Source of the DNA: Antedon mediterranea
Lineage: Eukaryota; Animalia; Echinodermata
Reading direction: 5' to 3'
Assembly (NCBI RefSeq): GCF_964355755.1
Contig: NC_092678.1
Span: forward strand, 14,720,371 to 14,784,370
Length of the DNA stretch: 64,000 nucleotides
Below are positions 13,901 through 25,900 of the stretch, one piece after another. Each line of letters begins with the position of its first letter. Position 1 is the stretch's first letter. Below the pieces are notes generated by a model. That model searched no databases. It was not told where the DNA came from and saw only the letters and a list, made by a program, of their open reading frames with translations. A program made the translations under genes and the position numbers.

Positions 13901-16900
13901 TTTTTATGTGTTTCCTTTTCATCTTTTTTATGTTCTCATATATTGTTGTTGTATATGTTCATGATTGAGGATGAATAAAGAATATTTGAATTTGAATTTG
14001 AATTTTCTAAACCCTCCCTGTTCTTGATGTAATATTTCATTTTCTTCTGTTCATTTGCTTAATCTATTGCTTATAATGTATAAAAACACCTTGCCTAAAG
14101 TGGATATTAATGATACGCCTCTATAATTTGCTGGTTGATCTCTTTTACCCTTTTTAAATATAGGAATACTATTGCTTGTTGCCCATTGTTGAGGAACATT
14201 TCCAGAGGTAAAAATACTATTACAAATTTTCGTAATTGCGCTAATAGCAGCATTTGGCATACAAGTAAAAAATGCAATTGGGAATCCATCAATACCTGGA
14301 GCTTTACCCCTTTTCTGTGCTTTAATTGCATAAATTAACTCTTCCCGGCTGATTTCTTCATTGTAACAATCGTTATGTTCGCAATTTTTATCGTTATCGT
14401 CTTCTATATTGATTTCTTGTATATTATTTGTTTGATTTTGGAACATTGTTTTGAAGTAATCATGCCATTTTTTAAGTGTAATGTTTGTCACGTTTTGTTG
14501 TCGTTTGGTTTTAAGGTTTTTCCAAAATGTTGTACTGTTATGTTCCTTTATTAACCTGATTAATTTTTGTTGTGATGAATTTTTATGTTTATTTTTTTAA
14601 ATTTTATTATTTTTTTATAACTCCTTTTCTTTAAAAGATATTCCTTTAATAGTTTTATATTTTTTATATTTATTAAGAATGCTACGAATAATATTTTTTT
14701 TTTTATGCATTGACGATCAAAACATGTATTCTTTGGCAATTTTGTGCATTTTTTTTTTGTATTTGTGTTTGTTTTTTTGTATTTATGTAAACATATTCTA
14801 AAGTTCTATAAAGGTTAATTAGGGCTTCATCAATATCACTTTTTTCAACATTTTCATTAATATCATCAAGAAATTTGAAAATGTGTTCATCATTCCATTT
14901 GTCCTTGGCTTTATTCATCCTTGCTTCGGACCATTGAAATGTTTCATGTGTTTTCCAGATTTCTTTTTTTAAATCGTTCGTAATTTCTTTTTTTGTTTTG
15001 TTCAGTCTCTAATAAAATTTCAAAATGTAAGGGCATATGGTCGGATTCTATCCTAATTTCCACTTTTGGTCTATTCTAATAATCAGTACAAAAACGATAC
15101 GATTTATCTGGCTTCGGAACTAATATACATGGAGAACTCCAAGCACTCCAACTATGCTCGATTATATCATTTTTAATCATGTAAAGAATCACATTTTGTA
15201 ATATCTTCATCTTGAACGGATTTGCTCTATATGGATTTTGTTTTATTGGTGAACAATCAGCTGTCTTAACGTCATGCTCCACTAAGTTCATTCGACCTGA
15301 AACATCCGAAAACAACTTCAGATTTCCAAATATCAAACTAACAATTTCAACCTTACGATCACAAGATAAATGACCAACTTTTTCTTCAATGTTTGCAAGG
15401 ACATCTGAATTACTGAACTTAACACATGTATCAGGATCCACAAACTCTTCAGAATTCTCTTCAACAACACACGTAACTGGTGTTGACGTACAGGTATCAC
15501 TATTATTTCTCGCTGTGTATGGTTTCAACATGCATTTATATGACACAGTCGCTTCTTTTTACGCCTACCTGGAGTATCTAACACATAGTCAACTTCTCCT
15601 ACTCTTTCTAATACTTTGTAAGGACCAGCAAATCTTGCAGATAATGGTTAACTGGGAAGAGGCAACATAACTAACACTTCATCACCTGAATTAAAGCTTC
15701 TCTTTTCTGATTTCCTATCAAACAATCTCTTCATTTTAGCCTGAGCCTTCACGAAATTCTTTCTAGCCATCTCACGAGCACGATTTAATCGATCACGAAA
15801 TTCAGACACATAATCTAGTATCGATACAGACTCTTCTGCATTCCCTAACAGCCTTTCTTTTACTATTTTAAGAGGGCCTCGGACCCAATGACCATACACC
15901 AACTCAAATGGGCTAAACCCTAAGGACTCTTGCACTGTTTCACGAACAGCGAATAACAATAAGGGAACTCCCTCATCCCATTCCTTTTCACATTGAAAAC
16001 AATAGGTTTTAAGCATATTCTTAAGTGCTTGATGAAATCTCTCAAGTGCCCCTTGAGACTGTGGATGGTAAGCACTTGAACTTATATGGGCAACACCTAA
16101 CTGCTCTAACTAACTTGTTTAAATATCTTTGACATGATGTTTGATCCTTGATCGGACTGAACAGCTTTAGGCAATCTTACCCATGTAAAGAATTTTACCA
16201 ATGCTTTAACAACATTCTTAGCTGTAATACGCCTAAGAGGAATCGCTTCTGGAAACCTACTTGATGCATACATTATTGTTAATAGATACTCATTTCCATT
16301 TTTAGTACGTTGTAATGGTCCCACACAATCAACAATAACCCTTGAAAATGGTTCACCGAATGCAGGAATAGGCTTAAGTGGAACATTTTGATTAGGCTTC
16401 CCCACTACCTGACACGCATGACAGGAATTACAATAGTTAGACACATCGTTTCTAAGACCAGGCCAAAAGAAATGCCTGAGAATATTGTCTACCGTTTTAT
16501 TGACACCTAAATGACCTGAAAGAGGATGGATCATCATGCGCAATACCAATAATATCCTGACGGTATCCACTAGGAATAACTATCTGGTGAATCTCATTCC
16601 ACCCCATACTGGAAGACTCGGAACGACACCGACAACAAAATCTCCGCTAACAATATCTGCCAAAGCAGAAAATACCTCTTGGGCTTTACCCACAAGAGCA
16701 GTTTGTAACAACACAGTCCAGTGTCTAGCAGGCCACTTTAATATATTAGCAATTTTCTCAAAAGCTAAAAAATATGTCTCTACCTCGTCCTCATTAAACT
16801 TGGGAACCCATTTAATATTCTGAGTAATCTCTGAATCATTAGGTGTAGAAACCCGTGTGGTGTGACCCATTTTGTTAGCTAATTCTAATTTCCTTAACTC

Positions 16901-19900
16901 AAATTCATGTTTTTCTTTTTCCATTTCTCTTTGAGTTTGCATCTCTAGAATCTCTATTTTTCTTCTTTCAAAAATTGTTTTTTTCACAACTCGATTCTAG
17001 CCAACTCGACCTCATTCCCCGCAGTTTTTACAGATTCATGAGTAATCAAACCAACATGACTTCCAATCACATTTATCAAGTCATATTTATTCATGGAATC
17101 ATTTATAGATAGGCCTACTCCAACCCTAGTACCTAGGATTCGAAAACGCTCATCTGATAGCTGAGCTACCACCTCGATGGACATGCTATCCAAAAATTCC
17201 TCGTCAAAATCACTTTCTGACATAGTTTCTACTTGAAACAAACAAACAAACACACAGGTTAAAATAATAACCAATATGACGATAATTACCTGCCAAGCCC
17301 ATACAGTATTAAACCTACCGAGCGCCGTGGTCTCAATAACTAGACCCCTAAAATCAAAGCCAAACTGACTTCTAGTATCACAGGCAAGCCTACACAAGCC
17401 TAAAACAACAACACAGTTTTCTGGCTCGGCGGCCGCCAAACCACTTTTGCTATAAAACGCATCTAAACAAAAAACCAGCTTAGAATAAGCAACAAAAATT
17501 ACCATCAGTTCGATCTACAACAACAATTTCGTACTTTATTCCCGGACGAGCCCCCAATTTGTTACGGGCTCACTCGTTAGGCTGAAACTAGACTTGCCCC
17601 AAGTCCGTATTATCTTTTTTTAGTCGCGTGGAAGCGACTCTATAGTTCACTATGTCGGTCGATCGGTCGGTCTGTTGGTCTGTCGGTATGTCGGTCTGTC
17701 GGTCCGGTATCACTATGCGTTTTATCGCTTTCTGACGTTATCTTGTCAAGTAATTTTTTCACAGTATATTCCTTATGGCCAGGAATCGATGTGGTTATGT
17801 TTTCACGTGCGCAATAAAAAAGTACGTGGTCTACGCACGATTTTAACGAAATCACATTTGTAATCATATCTTCACAACCATGAATCACAATTAAATAAAA
17901 TTTGGTACTCATAAATTTCAGGGCATAAATCATCATATGGCAAAACAATTACGTGCGTAGCGCATGTAACGCATGCGTACGCGCGCTTAAAATTTTCAAA
18001 ATTTATTTTCGATGAAATAAGAGTACGTTTCAGGCAATTTTAAGCGTTTACAAAATTGCCATGAGTGCGCGTATTTTTGCGCGCGCACTGCGCGTTAAAT
18101 GTTATTACATACTGTACTCTTTTTGCCCGATTTCAGTTTTCTTGACTTGCTTTTCAACTCGAAATTACGTTATACGAGCACGTCAAAAGTGACAGGCTAC
18201 GCAAGTGTAAATTAAAAAAAATATAACTGTTTTTAAACATTTCAACATTTTTAAACATGTTCAGTCATTTCGGTTAGTTGGTAGGTTGGTCGGTCGGTCG
18301 GTAAACACTAAGCACGCGACTGCAGCCATCTATATGGCCTTGTTTTTTAATTTATTTGTTTTTATTTCGACCGCGATTTTTGTCTGAAAATACAGACTTG
18401 TGAAACACGTATAGAAATCGATTTGCAGACCGCAAACATCCGATAAGAATGACGTAGGTTATCATACTGTATTTGGCTATATGGGGCGGGCGGTATGTAA
18501 ATATGGATTTTGAATCAACCAATGATCATTTTGTTTCAAAATGAAAAAAGATCGAGACGTACGTACAGTGCTGAATGTACGATCGAGACTGTTGAAATAT
18601 AAAATCGTAATGCCAAGTTGTTTTGTTTATTAATTGTTTAGTCCTTGGCCTAGGCCTCTTTCGTAGGTCCCACTCAACTCGCACGTATGACCTGCCAAAT
18701 AAACGCCAATAAAGTAGCCCTATGACATACCACCACCGGCACACAACAGGGCTACACCACCACACATAACAGGACAGGGTCTGGGTGGGAATTAAATCAA
18801 ACTTATCTCCGCGTAATAAATGATCCATTCAATGTTTGATTTGCGGAGGAGAAGCTAGCCTATCATATCAAGACGAGTTTTCATGTTCTTGGGAAAACAT
18901 CCCATCAAATGTTTACCAGACTACTAGGCATATAAAATAATTTCTAGCCTTCAGAAACTTTCATAAATGTACCCTAGTACACATTGTCTAAACGTAACAT
19001 AGCGCATGCGCATCATCTTAGTTGTTGAGTCTTTGAAATTCTGAAATATGAATATTAAAACGGCGTACGAGTGAGTAGCCAATCGCATGCAGCTGAAACT
19101 AGTCAACCGGATAATCGTATGTACCAATAATTATTGGTGTCAAACCACGTGCCTTGTGCGTGTTTCCCCAGACGGAGTATCCAAAACCAAGTAGTATACG
19201 TATGAAACGCCATATGTGCCAAAATATGTATCTTTTTACTAATATTAAGACAAAACTCCGTCTGGAACCCAGACTAGGCTGAAACCAACAATAAGAATAT
19301 AACAAAACACGTTGTAGCTGTCGTCCATCTTTATTCATCTCCATCTTTCTCTCTAGAGGGCTCACTTCCGTGTGACAAACCCATCACATGTATAATACCC
19401 TGTATCAATAACACATGCTTTATTGACAAAAGCTGCAAATGAAATAAATAAACTCAGTGACAATATTAATCAGTACTTACTGCTACGGTCTTAAATTATG
19501 AGATCGATGTGTACAGTTATTGTAGAGGGTTGGCCGATTAGAAAGACAATTTCAAGTCAAGAGCCATTTTTTTTTTGCATGTGAAATAATTATAATAATT
19601 AATTTCATCTAAATCCAATCTAGTAAGACTTTTTCGAAATCATTATACAGATAATTCATAATGGTGACCAGACTCACATTTCTTTGTCAATCGACAACAG
19701 CAACTATGTATTGACTTTTTTCGCTTATCATTATAGTAATTATAATAATTATTTACTTCAGGGTTGTACAATAGCTGTTTGTGAGTTTAAATGTAATTTA
19801 TTTTAGTCATGTCATAACAATGTTTAATTTACAACAGTTGTCAATTATTATGTGACATGAATAAAAAAACATGTGTGCATTACAGCTGTAATCTATATTT

Positions 19901-22900
19901 ATAAACTACATGATTATGATTTCTTTCTAGCATGGATACACTCAACTACATAACTATTTACTATGTGCCAACCCTGCAACAGAAATAGTGGATTATCTCA
20001 TACGGCACGGCGCATCAGCAACGTCACAAACTGTGGTAATGTACACAAAATCATAATTCATATACGATTACAGTAGGTCTTTATGTCGTTATTATGAAAA
20101 CAGTAGGCCTATCTCTTCCAGCAAACATCTCATTTCATTTATAATTTGTCATTTATAATTAAAATTAATTATTTAGAATTATTTATTGCGAATTTTAGAA
20201 GCCAATAATATAATACTATATTCCACGTACACGGTACAATATACCTACTGACACCCAGTGGAATTCTCCGGGATCCTACTCAGGTCTCACGAAATATCCC
20301 CAGCACAGTAAACTAGTATTAAATGAGTAGCCCCAGAAATAGCCAAATAATAATTAAGAATTTAATTATTTAGAGAAAGAGGGACCACAGTAGTGGTATC
20401 AAATTTCTATAAATAAGCCAAATAATAAGGAATTTCATTATTGAGTGTAAGGTAACCACGACAGTGGTATCAAATACATAATAAATGTTAACTATTGTAT
20501 TACTGTGCTTATGTGGTGCTGTATATAAAGAAGCAGTTATGGAATGAAACAATAAACGAAGGCATGCAATAACCGACATTTGTTTATAGAAACAATATTA
20601 CATTACATAAAGTCAATTATGACATCATTATAATCGATTCTCATTCACACATTGCATTACAATTATAGTAGCACTTCAATGTAAATGTATTTTGTTTAAG
20701 TTGGTTTATATAATATAACAATCAACTCTTGAATACTTTTATTTGGGTCCTATTTTATATAAAGGCGTACATTTTCTTTTTTGATTCAATAAAGTATGAT
20801 AGTTAAGTACGAAATAAAAAAGTACTTACTACGACGTTTTGCAAGTCTACCGGTTTTCAAGTAGACTGGTTGTTAGTTGCGTTGACGTTGGTCAGTACGG
20901 CATGCTATATGTAAAAAGACAGATGTGTGTGTGTGATGTTTATTCTTTTGTACACTCATAATAATTTGTCATAACAATGTAGAATATACAACCATTATCA
21001 AAGTGGCATGACCGAAATATACGATTGCTTTACAGCAGGAATTTATATTTACTACTACATGGTTATGATTTCTTTATTTCTTTATAGTCTGGAGACACTC
21101 CACTACATGTATATTTACTATATGCCAACCCTACAAAAGAAATAGTGGATTGTCTCATACAACACGACGCAGTAGTTACATCACAAAACAAGGTAACATA
21201 CAATAGTAGGAGGTCTATTATGCCAGTATTAATACAACATTATCGGTTCAAGCATATTTCTTCCATGTATGATTTTATAATTAATAGGAATTATTTAGAA
21301 TTAGGTATTGCAAACTCAAAAACAGTTGTTGAAAAAAAAAAAAAATTAAAAACTATTGTGTATACTACTATCCTACTACTATTGTACCATGATCGATATG
21401 TGTTTGTACAAACAATTATTCCGTAGTATAACTAAGTGTGTCTCGCCAATTATGACGTCATATAATCGATTGTCATTCATACATTTGTAGTTCTTCAATT
21501 TATCTGTCTTTTTTTCAAGCTGGTTAGAACATAATTATTATTCTTGAAGTAATTTCATTGGGTCTTAATTTGTATTTAAGAGTAAAATTACTTTTTTTAT
21601 TCAATCAGGTACGATAAGTACGAAACAAAACAGTACTTACTGTACTACGAAGTTTTGCAAGCGTTCCGTTTTTTAAGTAGGCTGTTCTTGGTAGTTGTGT
21701 TGACACTGGTCAGCACGGCATGGTATAGGTAAATGAATTTGGCTGATTTTTGCATTTTTTTTACAGAATATGTTGTCAAAGCAAAATTAAAAACGTTTAT
21801 TCTAACAATTAAAAGTGCCTTGCCTTATGTAGAGATCAAATCATGTATAAATGAATAATTAAATTTAATTAATTAAACCAAAATCTATATGTTTTTGAAT
21901 TTACAAAAAGCTAAAATGATGTTTTTAGATCAGTTTTGGCTACTATAAATTATATTTTGCAACCTTTTTTCACACGCTATTTTAAAGTAATCAGCCATTT
22001 TTTTTCAAAAGTATTTATTCTAAGGAACAATTAATGCAAATATCAACTTCAGAAGGGTAAACTTACTGTCAAACAAAGCACTAGCCACACGATCATTACA
22101 GTTCTCTATCCTCGGTATGAGATATGAATCTGTAGTAGATATTAATCTTCTAATAATCAGTGCAAAAACAATAAAATTTATCTTGCGTTGGAAGTTAAAA
22201 AAATATAAATCTAGTAAATATAATGTGTAATTTGTACATCTGTACATTATCTTTGTTTTTGTTTTGTTTGTGTAAATATATTACAATAATAGACATTATT
22301 GTGTTATTGATTAATATTATGTCAGTTATTTTCCGTCCTCATGTTTGGTATAGGACATAATACTGCATTTAATGGTATGGTAAATTGTTGTGTTTTGTAA
22401 AAGCTTCCATAGTATGTTATCATTTCCGTGTGGATAACAGTGACTTAGTTGAATATGGTTGGATATTCTTGCAGTCTTTCAGTTAAATGACTTGATTTGT
22501 GGTGGTAATAATGTTTGGTGGTTTGTATTTAAGATGATTAGCAATATATATTTCTGGTAGTGTAGGCCAAATTAGAAAGAAGTAAATATTATGATTGCAA
22601 CTTCATCCTCATTGTTTGCACCTCCTTGCAAATAAATTACATAAAACGAACAATTCAAAATCAACCAAAAAATAACAAAACACAATGTAAGCATAATGTA
22701 CTTCACAAAATGTCATAATGAAATTATCAGCCAGATATTATAATTATTGACCTAAAAGTGGGCCGATTCGTTACGTCACACCTGGGTCGAATCATCCCGC
22801 ATTCAGTTATTTCCTAGACCTATAGCAGCTTTGGAATAGTAATTAGTAAGAAACATAACCTATGCTAGTGTTATCACTGCATTTTGTGGTGAGCAAAAAT

Positions 22901-25900
22901 GGTAAAGGGGTGCTCAAATAACTTTGGCTGGAGAGATGTGCATGAGGTAGAAACATCAGCAAGAATACAGTTGTGTACGCCTTCCGCCCGCTTCATTTGA
23001 AATGGCGTTATACTGTAACTGCAGCTGCGCTGATCACATCACATGAATGTTGTCTCGATATTCCTACTAACCCGAGTGATCTACTAATTGTGACGAATGA
23101 AAATGGCCGAGAATTGGCATTCGGCAGTTTCAAAGAAATTGGCCTAAAAACACATTTTTCGTACAAATTGTTAGTTATAATATAAAAATATGGATAGATG
23201 AGTGTTAAAAGGTGCCCCATCTCGAACGGCGCTAGTATCGGACTTACAAGGAGGAGATAGTAACATTTTGGCTTAGTGCTATTATATATTGAGCATACGT
23301 TCACAGCTTAATTATACACCTATACATATTTTATTTAAATTTGTTTGTTTATTATTATACTTAACTACAATTATTTTCTGTAATAACATGTATGTATGAA
23401 CATCATAATTATGAATAAATTATAGGATGGAAAAACCCCACTGCCATATACATATCTCTAGGGCCTAATTTATTGAATCAATCAAGCTTTGAATAAATTC
23501 CCTCTAAGATAAGCAATTTGATTAATGTTACCTGTTTCCTTTATTATAACCCCACCCCAATAGAATTAGTGAGTGGCCGAGCGGTTAAGACAGTGGAACC
23601 GTAGCCATAACGTCGGAAAGGGCTCCCATAGTCCTGGTGGTAGAACGAGTCTTCTCAGATAAGGAATATAAACCGTAGATCCAGTGTACACATCTGGCTC
23701 TAGTAGTAGTAGTAGTAGTAGTGCATCTTTCTATACGAATATGGGGTTACCCCGGTGTACTACACTACCCAGGTAAGAATTTGATCTCATAGTGATCTCA
23801 TGTTGATCTCAACATTGATGTCAGCCTCTGAGATATTTGAGAGATCACTTATGATATCATATTGAAATCACAAATAGATACCAGAGTGATATAAGCAATT
23901 GATATCATAGAATGATCTCATGGCGATCTCAACATTGATGTAAGCCTCTGAGATATTTGAGAGATCACTTATGATATCATATTGAAGTCACAAATAGATA
24001 CCAGAGTGATATCAGCAATTGATATCATATAATGATCTCATGTTGATCTCAACATTGATGTCAGCCTATGAGATATTTGAGAGATCACTTATGATATCAT
24101 ATTGAAATCACAAATAGATACCATAGTGATATCAGCAATTTATATCATAAAATGAGATCATGGCGAGATTGCCATGAAGATAATAAGGAGATCATGGTGA
24201 GATCGCCATGAGATAATAATGAGATCATAGTGAGATCGCCATGAGATAATTATAATAAATAATCATAGGAGATCATGGTGAAATGAGCTTAACAATAATA
24301 AATGTACCATAGAAATATCCTTGATTTAGTGCCTATTCTTGCGGACTAGATGTTACACTCTCAATAACATGATCCTCCCCATACCGCAAGAGTCATAAAT
24401 AAACCAAATACAAGTAATGTAATAATAGGCAAGTAACATTTTATTATTACAAGCTATTTTAAAATCTTGATTAAACAAAAAATAGTAAGCAAAGTGTCTA
24501 TTCAAATTAAAAAGGAAGCTGAAAAAAGTTGTTATTCATGTTGGTTTGTTGGTATATTTTATCGGATCTACGGCACGTGGTTAAAGCGGAGTTATAATGA
24601 TGTTATTAAAAAAAATAGTAGTTCCATGTGTGTCTTGGAGTTGGTGGGGTTGCTTTTCTTTTAATTCTGCTCGCAGCATTTGAAAGAAAAACCTCCATCT
24701 GTTTTCCGGCTTCCATTTTTACTGTTGTATTGATGTACTCCTTTCCCCTCTTCACTTTTATATTGTCATTTCATTTCATTTCATTTCAAAAGACATTCAT
24801 TTTCCTCCATAGCAATACAATACAAAATAATAAACAGAAATGGTAAGGTATATTAAAAATGAAAAAGTTGATTGTTGGATATACAAAAGAAAAGTTAATT
24901 AAAGAAAATTGGCTATGGAGGAAGGCATAATTCCGAAAAGATGAGGAAATCTTGTGCTGGGTATGCCTATGCAAATAAAATGGATAATAAAAGAGTGGAA
25001 ATTAAGAGAAACAAACAAGACAAAAAAAATAATAAAATAAATAGATAAATAAATCTAAAAAAATAGATCAATCAGATTTTAGAATCAGAAAATAAAACTC
25101 AAAAACCACAGTAGATCAATGTTCAGCAGCATAAATCAAATTGCGACATTCGATCGTTGTCTTTTTAATAGTTTGACATTAGGTGTTGTTTTAATTTAAT
25201 GGAAAATAAAGAAATTGAAACAGCATTTGTAATTGGGGGTGGTAAACTGTTCATAATTGATGGACCGGAGTATCTAATACTGTTTTGAAAATAATTGGTG
25301 TTGTGGATAGGTATGTGTAAATCAGTTCTAGAACGTGTAGGGTAATTGTGAATAGAAAAATTCGGAATAAACATATTGTTTATATGATTTGGAGAAGTGG
25401 AATGCAGGGCAGAAAATACAAATTTGCCTTGTTGCATTAAGTTTATATCAATGAGTTTGAGGAGATTAAGTTTGGAAAATAAATGGGAAGAAAGGGACCG
25501 CAGTGGAGCGCCAGATATAATCCTGATAGCTTTCTTTGGAATAATTTGCAGTTTACTGAGATTGGATACGTAAATATTGGCCCAGACAATGTTACAGTAG
25601 CTCAAATAGGGAAGAATGAGGGAGCAGTAGAGGGTTCGAAGAATATTAAGGGGTACAAATGAGGATAACCTAGATATGATACCAACGCTTTTGGAAGTCT
25701 TATTCTCTACTTCTTTAATATGATTTTTCTACGTTAGATTGCTGTCCATAACTACACCTAAAAACTTAGCTGATTGCACACAAGGTATATCCTGGTTGTC
25801 AATGGTAATTTTGTTGGCTGATAAGTCAATAGATTTTAATAGTTGTGGGGTCCCAAAAAGGATGAAGCTACATTTTTTATGATTAAGAGAAAGTTTATTC

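Larger units (their letters stand above)
9498..14000 (+). mobile_element. Near full-length CR1-group LINE (Crack/L2/Daphne-like)
   Basis: 5' UTR, ORF1, APE-RT ORF2, (TTTGAA)n tail, AATT on both flanks; it interrupts the host LINE at QGGFRK|NCRTIDN. Confidence 0.88.
6013..15078 (-). mobile_element. 5'-truncated LINE (RTE-X-like) inserted in the Gypsy RT; pieces at 14005-15078, 9036-9497 and 6013-7279
   Basis: TSD ATAATCA (6006-6012 / 15079-15085) splits FCTDY|RKVN; (TGAA)n tail; KAPGIDG, NYRGVSL, QQGSPLS, YADD, C-terminal GRW..RLCKIC..ENEYHF..C. Confidence 0.85.
4402..19388 (-). mobile_element. Gmr1-type Ty3/Gypsy LTR retrotransposon, decayed and multiply interrupted
   Basis: Paired LTRs (4402-4696 and 17560-19388), 4-bp TSD TGTA (4398-4401 / 19389-19392), tRNA-Pro PBS, gag-INT-RT-RNaseH order. 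Confidence 0.92.
17560..19388 (-). repeat. 5' LTR (about 132 bp net) split by a 1.7-kb insertion
   Basis: 17560-17588 and 19277-19388 match the 3' LTR; TG...CA ends. Confidence 0.85.

Noticed and set aside
23566-23620. tRNA gene
   Set aside because: Only the A-box/D-arm is present; no T-arm or B-box, and it continues into a SINE core
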